Below are positions 36,223 through 45,351 of a stretch of 64,000 nucleotides of DNA, piece after piece. The DNA comes from an uncultured Clostridia bacterium. GTDB taxonomy: Bacteria; Bacillota; Clostridia; Christensenellales; UBA1242. Position 1 is the stretch's first letter, and every line of letters starts with the position of its first letter. The notes under the pieces are model-generated. The model was given only the letters and a program-made list of their open reading frames with translations. It ran no database searches and was not told the DNA's origin. The stretch is taken from contig CAKVLQ010000003.1 in assembly GCA_934757845.1 (NCBI GenBank), forward strand, positions 43,657-107,656. Reading direction: 5' to 3'. Both the position numbers and the translations under genes were made by a program.

Positions 36223-36361
36223 AAAAACTTCCTTTTTATTAATGCTAACACAAAAGGTCTTAATTGTCAATATTCATGCGACAAAATTAGACCATTAAAA
36301 CAATTTTGTTTCATTTTTTGCACAAATTTTTTTGCTAAAATTTTGTTACAGGAGTGAAAAA

Positions 36362-36670
36362 ATGGAAATAAAAACTAGGGTATACAAAAATGTGCTTTAT
36401 GTTTCGCTTGTTGGCGAACTTGACGAACATAGTGCAGTTTACACACGAGAAACTCTTGACAATATTTTGGATAGCGAAAAATTTGGTCAAGTTATTGTTG
36501 ATTTAACTGAACTCGACTTTATGGACTCAACGGGAATTGGCGTAATGATTGGGCGTTACAAACGGCTTAAATCAAACGATATACCGCTTTATCTTACAAA
36601 TCCAAACAAACACATAGATAAAATATTTGATATGACTGGACTATATAAAATTATGCCAAAATTGGTTTAG
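36362..36670 (+). CDS. spoIIAA: anti-sigma-F factor antagonist (STAS)
   Basis: DL..L.FMDSTGIGV motif with the phosphorylatable Ser. First gene of the spoIIA operon. Confidence 0.85.
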   Translation: MEIKTRVYKNVLYVSLVGELDEHSAVYTRETLDNILDSEKFGQVIVDLTELDFMDSTGIGVMIGRYKRLKSNDIPLYLTNPNKHIDKIFDMTGLYKIMPKLV

Positions 36671-36679
36671 GAGTGAAAA

Positions 36680-37129
36680 ATGAAATTATTAAATGAAATG
36701 AAATTAACAATTAAAGCAATAAGCGAAAATGAAAGTTTTGCACGAAGCACGGTTGCTGCGTTTTGCGTGCCACTTAATTTGAATTTAGACGAACTTACTG
36801 AAATTAAAACTTCGGTTAGTGAAGCAGTTACTAACTGCGTTGTGCACGCCTATCCAAACAAAGATGGAGATATTAAAATTGTTGTAAAACTTTTTGAAGA
36901 CAAAATTTACATATCAATTTCTGACGAAGGAGTTGGTATTGAAAATTTTGAAAAAGCCAGAGAACCCTTTTTTACAACAAAACCCGAAGAAGAACGCTCG
37001 GGAATGGGTTTTACGGTTATGGAGAGTTTTATGGACAAAGTTGATGTTAAAAAAAATGGAAAGTGTGGTGTTACTGTTGTTATGGAGAAGTTTATTAAAA
37101 ACGAAAAATTTAATGCGATTGGTGTTTAA
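36680..37129 (+). CDS. spoIIAB: anti-sigma F factor (serine kinase)
   Basis: HATPase N-box (EAVTNCVVHAY) and G-boxes (DEGVGI, SGMGF). Confidence 0.85.
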   Translation: MKLLNEMKLTIKAISENESFARSTVAAFCVPLNLNLDELTEIKTSVSEAVTNCVVHAYPNKDGDIKIVVKLFEDKIYISISDEGVGIENFEKAREPFFTTKPEEERSGMGFTVMESFMDKVDVKKNGKCGVTVVMEKFIKNEKFNAIGV

Positions 37130-37854
37130 TGCTTGGTCAAGAAGAAACATTAAAACTTATTGCCAGTGCTCAAAATGGAGATGAAAATGCAAAAGAAGAA
37201 TTAATTAACAATAATTCACCATTAATAAAAAGCATCATAAAATTTTATAAAAACAAAGGCGTTGAATATGAAGATTTATATCAACTTGGAAGTTTAGGCT
37301 TTGTTAAAGCAATTTTAAATTTTAAGCCCGAATTTGGCGTTAAATTTTCTACTTATGCTGTTCCTATGGTTGCAGGAGAGGTTAAACGATTTTTGCGTGA
37401 TGACGGGGCGGTAAAAGTTTCAAGAGCGTTAAAAACACAATATATTCAAATTAACAAATATATAAACAAATATAAAAACGAATTTGGCGAAAGCCCTAGC
37501 ATTCAGGCAATTTCAAAAGAGTTTGGCATTGAAGAAAGCGAAGTTATGTTTGCTCTTGACAGTTCAAGGGCGGTGTTAAGTTTGAACGAACAAATTGATG
37601 ACACAAGCGGGAAAAGCCGAACACTTGTTGAAACTATTGAAGATGACGAAAGCCAAGAAAAAATGATTGACAAAATTGTTTTAAAAAGCATTATTAAAAA
37701 TTTGAGCGACAGGGATAAACAAATAATATATTTAAGATATTATCTTGACAAAACGCAAAGCGAAGTTGCAAAAAAACTTAATGTTAGCCAAGTGCAAGTT
37801 TCAAGGCTTGAACTTAAAATTTTGGAGAAAATTAAGCAAAGATATAAAGAATAA
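37129..37854 (+). CDS. sigF: RNA polymerase sporulation sigma factor F
   Basis: Sigma-70 regions 2-4 (YAVPMVAGEVKRFLRDD; SQVQVSRLE). Operon position after spoIIAB. Confidence 0.85.
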   Translation: MLGQEETLKLIASAQNGDENAKEELINNNSPLIKSIIKFYKNKGVEYEDLYQLGSLGFVKAILNFKPEFGVKFSTYAVPMVAGEVKRFLRDDGAVKVSRALKTQYIQINKYINKYKNEFGESPSIQAISKEFGIEESEVMFALDSSRAVLSLNEQIDDTSGKSRTLVETIEDDESQEKMIDKIVLKSIIKNLSDRDKQIIYLRYYLDKTQSEVAKKLNVSQVQVSRLELKILEKIKQRYKE

Positions 37855-37948
37855 ATTTAATAAAAAAAAGTTCTATTTTAAAGAATTTATTTAACAAATT
37901 TTTAACCTATATTATATTAAAAACATCAAAAAATCCACTATAAAAATC

Positions 37949-37968
37949 AATCGCCCAGTGGGGCGATT
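37949..37968. terminator. GC-rich hairpin between convergent sigF and the lipoprotein gene
   Basis: AATCGCCC-agtg-GGGCGATT, nested inside AAAAAATCCAC...GTGGATTTTTT. Confidence 0.55.
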
Positions 37969-37992
37969 GCATAATAATTGTGGATTTTTTGG

Positions 37993-39843
37993 TTAAAATG
38001 ATGCTTGTTTTATGTTATCATTTTCAATTTCTTTTTGGTTATCAAAATTTATTATTTCATTTTTGTTTTTGGGGTTGTCATCTTGAACACCATTATCATT
38101 TATATTATCATTTATATTGTTTTGATTGTCAATGTTTGATTGATTATTTTCAGCGTTATTTTCATCATTATTATTAGAAATTATTTCACCGTTATTTTGA
38201 TTTTCATTTTCCAAAATTTCATTATTTTCTTTTGCTCTTTGTTCAATTTCTTTGTTGTTTTCAATTAAAAGTTCTTTTTCATTATCATTTATTTGTGAAT
38301 TTATATTATTTTCATCAATATTCAAATTTTGATTTGTTTGATTATCATTATTTTCAATTTTGCTATCATTTTCAATAATATTATTTTGGTTGTTATCTAA
38401 ATTATTTTCGTTTTGATTGTTATTTTTATCATCAAAATTTGGAACTAAAAAATGACCTTCAAGTGTTGTAAAATCTCTGTTTCCATTTTCAAGTTTTTCA
38501 ATTTTGTTTTCTTGATTGTTGTTATCATTTTCAATCATAGTATTATTATCTTTGCCCGCAAAATTAGAATTGTTATATCCATAATTTTCTCCATAAGGAA
38601 GATTGTTTTTGTAGGTGTCGATATTTCTATAACCATTTGCATAAGAGTTTACATTATTAGGTGTTTGATTGTAATAATTGTTATATCCATTATTGTGAAA
38701 TCCATTATAAAAATTGTTTGAATTATATCCGTTATATCCAAAATTTTGACCATTAAAATTGTTGTTTGGGTTAAAGTTTGGGTTAACATAATTTGGGTTA
38801 TTTGAACCATTTTGATTTTGAGGATATTTGTTTGGGTTTTCTTTAATATCTTTTGTTAAAGGGTTTGTGTTTTTAAAATCATCTTCAATTTGATTGTTTT
38901 GGTCTTTTTCAAATTGAGTTTGATTGTTTGTGTTTTGATTGATATTGTTTAAGTCATAATTTTTATAGCCATTATTATTTGTATTATTTGTGTTGTTACA
39001 GTTATAACAATTTTTTAAAAGGCTATTACAATTATTAACACATTCTAATGCGCCGTTATAGCAGTTTAAACGGTTTTCTAACGAGCCTAATAGGTTTAGG
39101 TAATTACTAACCAAGGTTTCGCTGTTTGAGCCAAAATAGCCTTTTAAAGCCTTTAAAGTGTCAACATAATTATTACATTTACCTTTGCAGTCTTTAATTT
39201 GGTCGCAATATGAATTTATTTGGTCGCAATATGTTCCACAGAGTTTAAGTTCGTCTTCGGAAAGTTTAATTTCACCATTTTCAAGTTTAGAGCACAAAGT
39301 TTTGCATTCTGAAATTGAAGTTTTAAGTTGATTTTGGCAAGATAAGCATTGATTGTTAACTATTGAACAATCTTGACAAGCGTTATACAAACTTTCAATT
39401 TTGCCTTTAAAAATATCTAGGTTATTAACTGAATTATTAGAGTAGTCGGTGTTGTTTATATATCTTGAGTTATAAACAAATCGATTTCCATAATTTGTGT
39501 TTTTATTGCTATCTTGGTTTGTGTTGTCAACAAATTCTGGTGTATGTTTTTGAGTAATATCTTTAATATTTGCTGTGTTTCGTTTAAAAATTTGTTTGAT
39601 TTTGCTAACCTTTGAAGTTTGATATGGATTTTTAATTGCAGCGTTTTGACTTTGATAAATTCCTTCAAACTCATTAATTGCAATGTCGCTTTGAGTAACT
39701 TGTTCAAGGTTATTAATAGCATTCAACAAATTTGTTGTGTTTTTTGATATTCTTCGTGCCAAAGCAACTTCGTTTGATTCGCCACAGCCAACCAAGCAAA
39801 AAATTACAAGCACGGCAAGAAGAGAACATAAAATTTTTTTCAT
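37993..39843 (-). CDS. Asn/Gln-rich low-complexity lipoprotein
   Basis: Signal peptide with lipobox LVGC after ATG 39843 (GGAGG RBS). A Cys-rich middle region is followed by long N-rich tracts. Confidence 0.65.
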   Translation of the reverse strand: MKKILCSLLAVLVIFCLVGCGESNEVALARRISKNTTNLLNAINNLEQVTQSDIAINEFEGIYQSQNAAIKNPYQTSKVSKIKQIFKRNTANIKDITQKHTPEFVDNTNQDSNKNTNYGNRFVYNSRYINNTDYSNNSVNNLDIFKGKIESLYNACQDCSIVNNQCLSCQNQLKTSISECKTLCSKLENGEIKLSEDELKLCGTYCDQINSYCDQIKDCKGKCNNYVDTLKALKGYFGSNSETLVSNYLNLLGSLENRLNCYNGALECVNNCNSLLKNCYNCNNTNNTNNNGYKNYDLNNINQNTNNQTQFEKDQNNQIEDDFKNTNPLTKDIKENPNKYPQNQNGSNNPNYVNPNFNPNNNFNGQNFGYNGYNSNNFYNGFHNNGYNNYYNQTPNNVNSYANGYRNIDTYKNNLPYGENYGYNNSNFAGKDNNTMIENDNNNQENKIEKLENGNRDFTTLEGHFLVPNFDDKNNNQNENNLDNNQNNIIENDSKIENNDNQTNQNLNIDENNINSQINDNEKELLIENNKEIEQRAKENNEILENENQNNGEIISNNNDENNAENNQSNIDNQNNINDNINDNGVQDDNPKNKNEIINFDNQKEIENDNIKQASF

Positions 39844-39956
39844 AAGATTTCCTCCAATTTTTGTTAGTGTGTGCAAATCTTGAATTTTTATTTATAAGGT
39901 TTAAAAAATTTTTTTGCGTTAAATATTAATATAAACTAAATTTTGAAGGGAAGTTT

Positions 39957-40403
39957 ATGAATATTACTGAAAGAAACAAAAAATATAATGAATATGTTAG
40001 CAAGAAATCACCACAAAGCAAAAAATTTCCATCGCTTTTTAATGCTTTTTGGGTGGGCGGGCTTATTTGCTGTATAGGTCAAGGATTTTATGACTTGCTT
40101 GCATATATCAATCCAACTTTAACAGATATGCAACTAACAACCTATATGCTTGTTATTTTGATATTTCTGTCAACATTTTTAACTGCTCTTGGCGTTTATG
40201 ACAACATTGGAACATTCGCTGGTGCTGGAAGTATTATTCCAATTACTGGTTTTGCCAACTCTATTGCAAGCCCTGCACTTGAATATAAAAAAGAAGGGCT
40301 AATTTTGGGGCTTTGCGTAAAGATGTTTACGGTGGCTGGTCCAGTTATTGTTATGGGGACAGTCAGTTCAATTATTGTGGGAATAATATATTTCTTTATT
40401 TAG
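39957..40403 (+). CDS. spoVAC: stage V sporulation protein AC
   Basis: 148 aa, 4 TM, GAGSIIPITGFANS motif; followed by spoVAD. Confidence 0.8.
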   Translation: MNITERNKKYNEYVSKKSPQSKKFPSLFNAFWVGGLICCIGQGFYDLLAYINPTLTDMQLTTYMLVILIFLSTFLTALGVYDNIGTFAGAGSIIPITGFANSIASPALEYKKEGLILGLCVKMFTVAGPVIVMGTVSSIIVGIIYFFI

Positions 40404-40410
40404 GAGTTTT

Positions 40411-41130
40411 ATGGTAAAAGATTATAAATCACAGCAAACAATATTTTTTAAAAACAAGCCAAAAATAAAGGCTTGTTACGCTTTGGTTGGCAAAAAAGAA
40501 GGCGAAGGAAACTTTAAAAACTATTTTGACCACATTTTGAAAGATGATTTGTTTGGGGAAAAAAGTTATGAAAAAGCCGAAAGAAAAATGCTTGAAACCA
40601 CAATTTATGGGGCAATAAATAAGGCTAAATTAAAGGCTAATCAAATTGACGCTCTTATTGCGGGCGACCTTATGAACCAAATAATTTCATCAAGTTTTTC
40701 GGCTCGTGACCTAGACTCGGGCTTTTTGGGGCTTTATGGGGCTTGTTCAACCATGGCAGAAAGTTTAATTATTGGCGGACTTTTGATTGATGGAAAATAT
40801 CTTAATAATGTGGCTTGTGCAACTGGAAGCCATTTTTCTTCAGTTGAAAAACAATATCGCTATCCGCTTGAACTTGGAAACCAACGCCCACCAGTAAGCC
40901 AATGGACAGTTACTGGCAGTGGTTGCACAATTTTGTCAAGAACGGGAAGCGATGTTTGCTTAACTTCGGCAACGCTAGGAAAGGTTACAGACTATGGAAT
41001 TACTGACGCAAATAACATGGGAGCCGCCATGGCGCCTGCCATTGATATAATAGGACTATGTGGAATGATACTGCCACGAATATCTAATACAAAAATCTAT
41101 ATAAAGGAGGAATTGAAAGTATCAGCATAG
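40411..41130 (+). pseudogene. spoVAD: stage V sporulation protein AD, 3'-truncated by insertion
   Basis: Thiolase-like SpoVAD homology (LYGACSTMAES, NNMGAAMAPA) runs to about codon 210, then unrelated sequence to a stop at 239 aa. Full-length SpoVAD is about 335-340 aa from memory. No spoVAE follows. Confidence 0.7.
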
Positions 41131-41225
41131 AGAGGGTTTGCAATGTTCAAACTCTTTTTTGTTTTATTGATTGAAATCCATATATTTTCCATAAAGGTAT
41201 GTTATAATAGAAAGGGAGTAAGTAA

Positions 41226-42497
41226 ATGGAGAACAGCAAACAAAGAGTATATTTTGTTATAGATATGAAATCCTTTTTTGCTTCTGTTGAATGTGCAGAG
41301 AGAGAACTAGACCCTATGACAACAAAACTTGTAGTGGCTGATGAAAGTAGAACAGATAAGACAATTTGTTTGGCTGTTTCGCCAGCACTAAAAGCATTAG
41401 GAATAAAAAATAGGTGCAGACTTTTTGAAATACCTAAAACAATAGATTTTATAATTGCGCCACCTAGAATGAAAAAATATATCGAATACGCTGCTAACAT
41501 ATATGGACTTTATTTGAAGTATATGTCAAAAGATGATATTCACGTTTATTCGATTGATGAATGTATATTAGATGTAACTGATTATTTAAAGATGTATAAA
41601 ACAAGGGCAAAGGATTTTGCTCAAAAATTGATGAAAGAAATTTATGATAACTTTCATATTCCGTCAAGTGCTGGAATTGGAACAAATATGTATTTGGCTA
41701 AAATTGCTCTTGACATTACAGCAAAACACGCACCAGATAGAATAGGTTGGCTTGATGAAAATAAGTATATAAAAACACTTTGGAACCATAAACCATTATC
41801 TGACTTTTGGCAAATATCAACTGGAACCATTGATAGACTAGCAAAATATGGAATTCACGATATGGAAGGAATTGCCAAATTTAATGAGGATTATTTGTAT
41901 AAAGAGTTTGGTGTTAATGCTGAACTATTGATTGACCATGCTTGGGGTAGAGAACCTTGTTTGATGTCTGATATAAAATCTTACAAAACAAAATCAAGGT
42001 CAATTTCATCTTCTCAAATATTGCCTTGCAATTATATCTATAAGGACGCAAAGATTGTTATGAGAGAGATGGTTCAAAATGGTTGCTATGATTTAGCAAG
42101 ACAACATTATTCGACAAATTTAATTCATTTATTTGTTGGTTATGGTGATGATAAGTCAGTTGCCAAAGGAACTACAAGAATGAATGTAACAACTAATCTA
42201 TATACAATTATAGGGGAATACACTGATAAGTTGTTTGATAAGATAGTTGATAAACAAAAACCAATTAGAAAAATAGGATATGATTTTGCTGAACTTGTAT
42301 CTGATGAAAAGGAACAATATGATTTCTTTACAGATTTTGATAAAGTAGCAAAAGAGAAAAAACTGGTTGATAGTGTGCTAAATCTTCAAGATAGGTATGG
42401 GAAAAATTCAATATTGAAAGGTATTGACCTAAATGAAAAGGCTACACAAATCGAAAGAAATAAGTCAATAGGAGGTCATAAGAGTGGAGAGAACTAA
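41226..42497 (+). CDS. Y-family DNA polymerase (UmuC/ImpB/UvrX-like)
   Basis: VIDMKSFFASVEC N-terminal palm motif, YSIDE.ILDVT, and about 420 aa. Confidence 0.8.
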   Translation: MENSKQRVYFVIDMKSFFASVECAERELDPMTTKLVVADESRTDKTICLAVSPALKALGIKNRCRLFEIPKTIDFIIAPPRMKKYIEYAANIYGLYLKYMSKDDIHVYSIDECILDVTDYLKMYKTRAKDFAQKLMKEIYDNFHIPSSAGIGTNMYLAKIALDITAKHAPDRIGWLDENKYIKTLWNHKPLSDFWQISTGTIDRLAKYGIHDMEGIAKFNEDYLYKEFGVNAELLIDHAWGREPCLMSDIKSYKTKSRSISSSQILPCNYIYKDAKIVMREMVQNGCYDLARQHYSTNLIHLFVGYGDDKSVAKGTTRMNVTTNLYTIIGEYTDKLFDKIVDKQKPIRKIGYDFAELVSDEKEQYDFFTDFDKVAKEKKLVDSVLNLQDRYGKNSILKGIDLNEKATQIERNKSIGGHKSGEN

Positions 42498-42498
42498 A

Positions 42499-42810
42499 AT
42501 GCCGAGAGGTGATAGAGCAAGACAGTTTGCACCTTTTGACGCTTTGAAAGGCTTGCAACAAGCTTTGAGATTGAAGGAATACGAACACGATAGAATTGAA
42601 AAAGGCGACATAACAGAAGAAAAAATAGAAGAAATATCCAAAACGCTTAATGACTTAGAAAAAGGTGATAGTGTTGAAGTAACTTTCTTTTGTGATGGAT
42701 ATTATAAAACAATGAAAGGCAAGTCAAAAGTTGATGTCTATGAACAAAAACTACTTGTGGATAATAATGTCATAATGTTTGATGATATAACTGAACTTAA
42801 AAAATTGTAA
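42499..42810 (+). CDS. YolD-like protein
   Basis: RQFAPFDALKG motif. Directly follows the Y-family polymerase, as in SPbeta-type pairs. Confidence 0.65.
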   Translation: MPRGDRARQFAPFDALKGLQQALRLKEYEHDRIEKGDITEEKIEEISKTLNDLEKGDSVEVTFFCDGYYKTMKGKSKVDVYEQKLLVDNNVIMFDDITELKKL

Positions 42811-42816
42811 TAAAAA

Positions 42817-42846
42817 AGATTGAGTGTGGTTGCTCAATCTTTTTTT
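42817..42846. terminator. bidirectional terminator
   Basis: AGATTGAG-tgtggttg-CTCAATCT stem with A- and T-runs. Confidence 0.6.
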
Positions 42847-43084
42847 AATCATCTAAATCATTGTTTTTAAACAAATCATCATTAAAGAAGTCATATAATG
42901 TAATTTCTAATCCGTCGCAAATTGCTTTTAGTGTTACAATTCCCGGATTTTTGCTTTTTCCGTAAAATATACTTGTTATTGTGCTAGGCTCAACGCCAGC
43001 GATTGTTCCTAATTTATTTGGTGTTATATTTCGTTCATCACAAAGATTTAGTATTCTTTTAGTTATTGCTTCCGTAGTTTTCAT
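42845..43084 (-). CDS. XRE-family HTH regulator
   Basis: ITPNKLGTIAGVEPSTITSI HTH. The ATG 7 nt after a GGAGAG RBS was chosen as start. Confidence 0.7.
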   Translation of the reverse strand: MKTTEAITKRILNLCDERNITPNKLGTIAGVEPSTITSIFYGKSKNPGIVTLKAICDGLEITLYDFFNDDLFKNNDLDD

Positions 43085-43100
43085 AATCATACTCTCCAAC

Positions 43101-43200
43101 GATATATCCTTTATTTATTTTACCATTTAGTATTCTCAAATCTCTGGGATATATCCTTGACTTTTATGTTTGAATATGTGATAATAAACGATATATCCTT
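43101..43200. promoter_or_regulatory. three GATATATCCTT repeats in a divergent promoter region (candidate operators)
   Basis: Copies at 43101-11, 43148-58 and 43190-200. The middle copy is part of the palindrome GGATATATCC. Confidence 0.5.
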
Positions 43201-43222
43201 GATTGATATATTGGAGAGTGAA

Positions 43223-43723
43223 ATGGAAAAAGGTCAGACAGCTTGTTTTACTGGGCATAGAAGTCAGAAACTGCCTTGGAAGTTCAATGAAGAAGATGAA
43301 AGATGTCTTAAAATGAAGCAAGCTCTAAAAGAAAAATTGATAAGTGCGATTGAAAGGGGATATGAAACATTTATTTCTGGAATGGCACTTGGTTTTGATA
43401 TGATTAGTGTCGAAGCATTGCTTGAACTAAAAAAGAAATATAACAACATAAAAATAATTGGTGCATTACCTTGTAGAAATCAATACGCCAAATGGCCGGA
43501 AAGCCAAGTAAAAAGATATAAAAAATTGTTAGAACAGTTAGATGATGTTCATTGTGAAAATGAAGAATATACTGGTCCACAATGTATGTTGGATAGAAAC
43601 AAATTTATGGTTAACAACTCATCTCTGTTGATTGCTTTATTTAATGGTTTGCCGGGCGGAACAAAATCTACAATAGATTATGCTAAAAAATGTGGTTTAG
43701 AGGTTGAAATAATAAAACCTTAA
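43223..43723 (+). CDS. SLOG-superfamily DUF1273 (YpsA-like) protein
   Basis: Contains CFTGHRSQKLPW...F.SGMALGFD... Confidence 0.6.
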   Translation: MEKGQTACFTGHRSQKLPWKFNEEDERCLKMKQALKEKLISAIERGYETFISGMALGFDMISVEALLELKKKYNNIKIIGALPCRNQYAKWPESQVKRYKKLLEQLDDVHCENEEYTGPQCMLDRNKFMVNNSSLLIALFNGLPGGTKSTIDYAKKCGLEVEIIKP

Positions 43724-43739
43724 TAAACACCAAAAAATT

Positions 43740-43770
43740 GGGTTTCGCTTTGTCGAAATCCTTTTTTTTT
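43740..43770 (+). terminator. rho-independent terminator
   Basis: GGGTTTCG-ctttgt-CGAAATCC stem plus a T9 run. Confidence 0.6.
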
Positions 43771-43823
43771 GGATTGCTAGTATGCTATACTATCTTTGAA
43801 ATTAAAATAGTGAGGTATAACAG

Positions 43824-44819
43824 ATGAGTTTAGCAAGCGACAAAAAAATAATAATTTTTCATATTTTAGACATCTTAACAAGATACACAGATGAACAGCA
43901 CCCTATGAATTATCCAGCAATTATGGAGAAGTTGAGTTCAATATATGATGAAAGACCAGATATTAAAACAGTCGCTTCTAACATAGGAACACTTATGGAC
44001 GCCGGTTATCAAATTGTAAAGTGTGGAAATTATGGTGTTTTTCTTGCTGAAAGAGATTTTGAAGATGGCGAACTAATGTATTTAGTTGACGCCGTTAATT
44101 CATCTAACTCTATACCAGCAAAGCAGGTTAGGGAGTTAATTGAAAAACTAACAAAATCATGTAGCAAATATCAAAAGACAAAGTATAAGGCTACAAATAA
44201 GATAGATGTTGTTTCAAAATCAAAAAACAAAGAAATGTTTTACATTATTGAAGTCTTAAATGAAGCCATAGAAAAAGGCAAGAAAGTTTCATTTTGTTAC
44301 AATGAATACAAAGTGTCAAAGGAACAAACACCAAGATTTAAAGGAAAAGAGTTCAAGATAAATCCATATTTTCTTGTTAATTCTCGTGGCAAATACTATT
44401 TGGTTTGCAATTATGACAAATATAATAACTTGTCAAATTATAAGATTGATTGTATTTCAAACATTAAATTGCTTGATGAACCAATTAAACCAATGAAAGA
44501 GCTTGATGATATGGAAGGATTTTCAAAGGATAAATATATCAAAGAACATATCTATATGACCTTTGGAAATTCAGTATCTGCCACTTTGAAATTAGATGAA
44601 GCAAAGTATCTCGGAGATATAATTGACTGGTTTGGTGATAGTGTATCAGTATCTGAAAACAAAGATAATACACTATGCGTAAAGTTGAATGTAAATGAAC
44701 AAGCATTGATTTACTGGGCTATGCAATATGGTAAACATATCGAGGTTATTAGTCCGAAGGAAACAAGAGAAAAAATAAAGAACACTTTAAGTGAAGTTTT
44801 GAAAAAGTATGAGGTGTAA
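43824..44819 (+). CDS. brxR: WYL-domain transcriptional regulator (BrxR-like)
   Basis: N-terminal wHTH and a central WYL-type beta segment (INPYFLVNSRGKYYLVCNYD). About 330 aa, upstream of BREX. Confidence 0.65.
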   Translation: MSLASDKKIIIFHILDILTRYTDEQHPMNYPAIMEKLSSIYDERPDIKTVASNIGTLMDAGYQIVKCGNYGVFLAERDFEDGELMYLVDAVNSSNSIPAKQVRELIEKLTKSCSKYQKTKYKATNKIDVVSKSKNKEMFYIIEVLNEAIEKGKKVSFCYNEYKVSKEQTPRFKGKEFKINPYFLVNSRGKYYLVCNYDKYNNLSNYKIDCISNIKLLDEPIKPMKELDDMEGFSKDKYIKEHIYMTFGNSVSATLKLDEAKYLGDIIDWFGDSVSVSENKDNTLCVKLNVNEQALIYWAMQYGKHIEVISPKETREKIKNTLSEVLKKYEV

Positions 44820-44821
44820 GT

Positions 44822-45055
44822 ATGGGATTGCTAGATGATGGAAAATTTGACCCATTAAACTATTTAGATTTAATGATGATGGAAGAATTGTTAGATGAAG
44901 ATGATGTCGTAAAAACAACAACAAAAAAGAAAAAACAACAGGAAATTGATAACTTTGAGTTGGACGAAGAAGATGAAGATTTAGAAGAAGATGATGAATA
45001 CGACGAAGATTTCGACTATGATGAATGGGAAGAAGATGAAGGAGATGATTATTAG
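44822..45055 (+). CDS. 77-aa extremely acidic protein
   Basis: Starts 3 nt after the brxR stop. The C-terminal 40 aa are almost entirely D/E with interspersed aromatics. Confidence 0.5.
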   Translation: MGLLDDGKFDPLNYLDLMMMEELLDEDDVVKTTTKKKKQQEIDNFELDEEDEDLEEDDEYDEDFDYDEWEEDEGDDY

Positions 45056-45345
45056 TGAGAAGAAGGAGGGGAAATGATATTGGTGGTGGATTGCTTTTAA
45101 TTTTATTCATAGTTATACTGCCAATTATGTTGATTATTTGGCTATGTGAAAAGATTGGTCAACAAGCCAAAAATGTGCAATATAATAGCAAACCTAGACT
45201 TAATAATAATCCTATAAATAACAACAAAACAAAGAAAAATTCCAATCATTTTAAGTGGGTTGATGGAAAGACAGATGAGCTTGATATTGATGAAATAGAT
45301 GACATTGAAGAACTACTTGAAGATGATGATTTGTTTGATAATTAG
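45055..45345 (+). CDS. 96-aa protein: RRRR, one TM, N-rich linker, acidic tail
   Basis: GTG start overlapping the previous stop by 1 nt. The tail EELLEDDDLFDN is acidic. Confidence 0.45.
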   Translation: MRRRRGNDIGGGLLLILFIVILPIMLIIWLCEKIGQQAKNVQYNSKPRLNNNPINNNKTKKNSNHFKWVDGKTDELDIDEIDDIEELLEDDDLFDN

Positions 45346-45351
45346 TCATAA

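Noticed and set aside
37980-38721. Plus-strand ORFs 37980-38177 and 38452-38721, and the apparent repetitiveness of 38,000-38,900, which might be mistaken for a repeat array or CRISPR
   Set aside because: The region codes on the minus strand for N/Q-rich low-complexity protein. There are no regular repeat-spacer units, and the plus ORFs are antisense.
41130-41225. Possible SOS (Cheo) box upstream of the Y-family polymerase (TTTGCAATGTTC)
   Set aside because: Only the GTTC half-site matches; the left half is TTTG rather than GAAC. This is not enough to call.
44787-45110. Minus-strand 107-aa ORF opposite the acidic mini-ORFs
   Set aside because: It is a mirror image of the GAA/GAT-rich coding strand (L/H/S-rich product) with no RBS. 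The + strand ORFs are translationally coupled to brxR.
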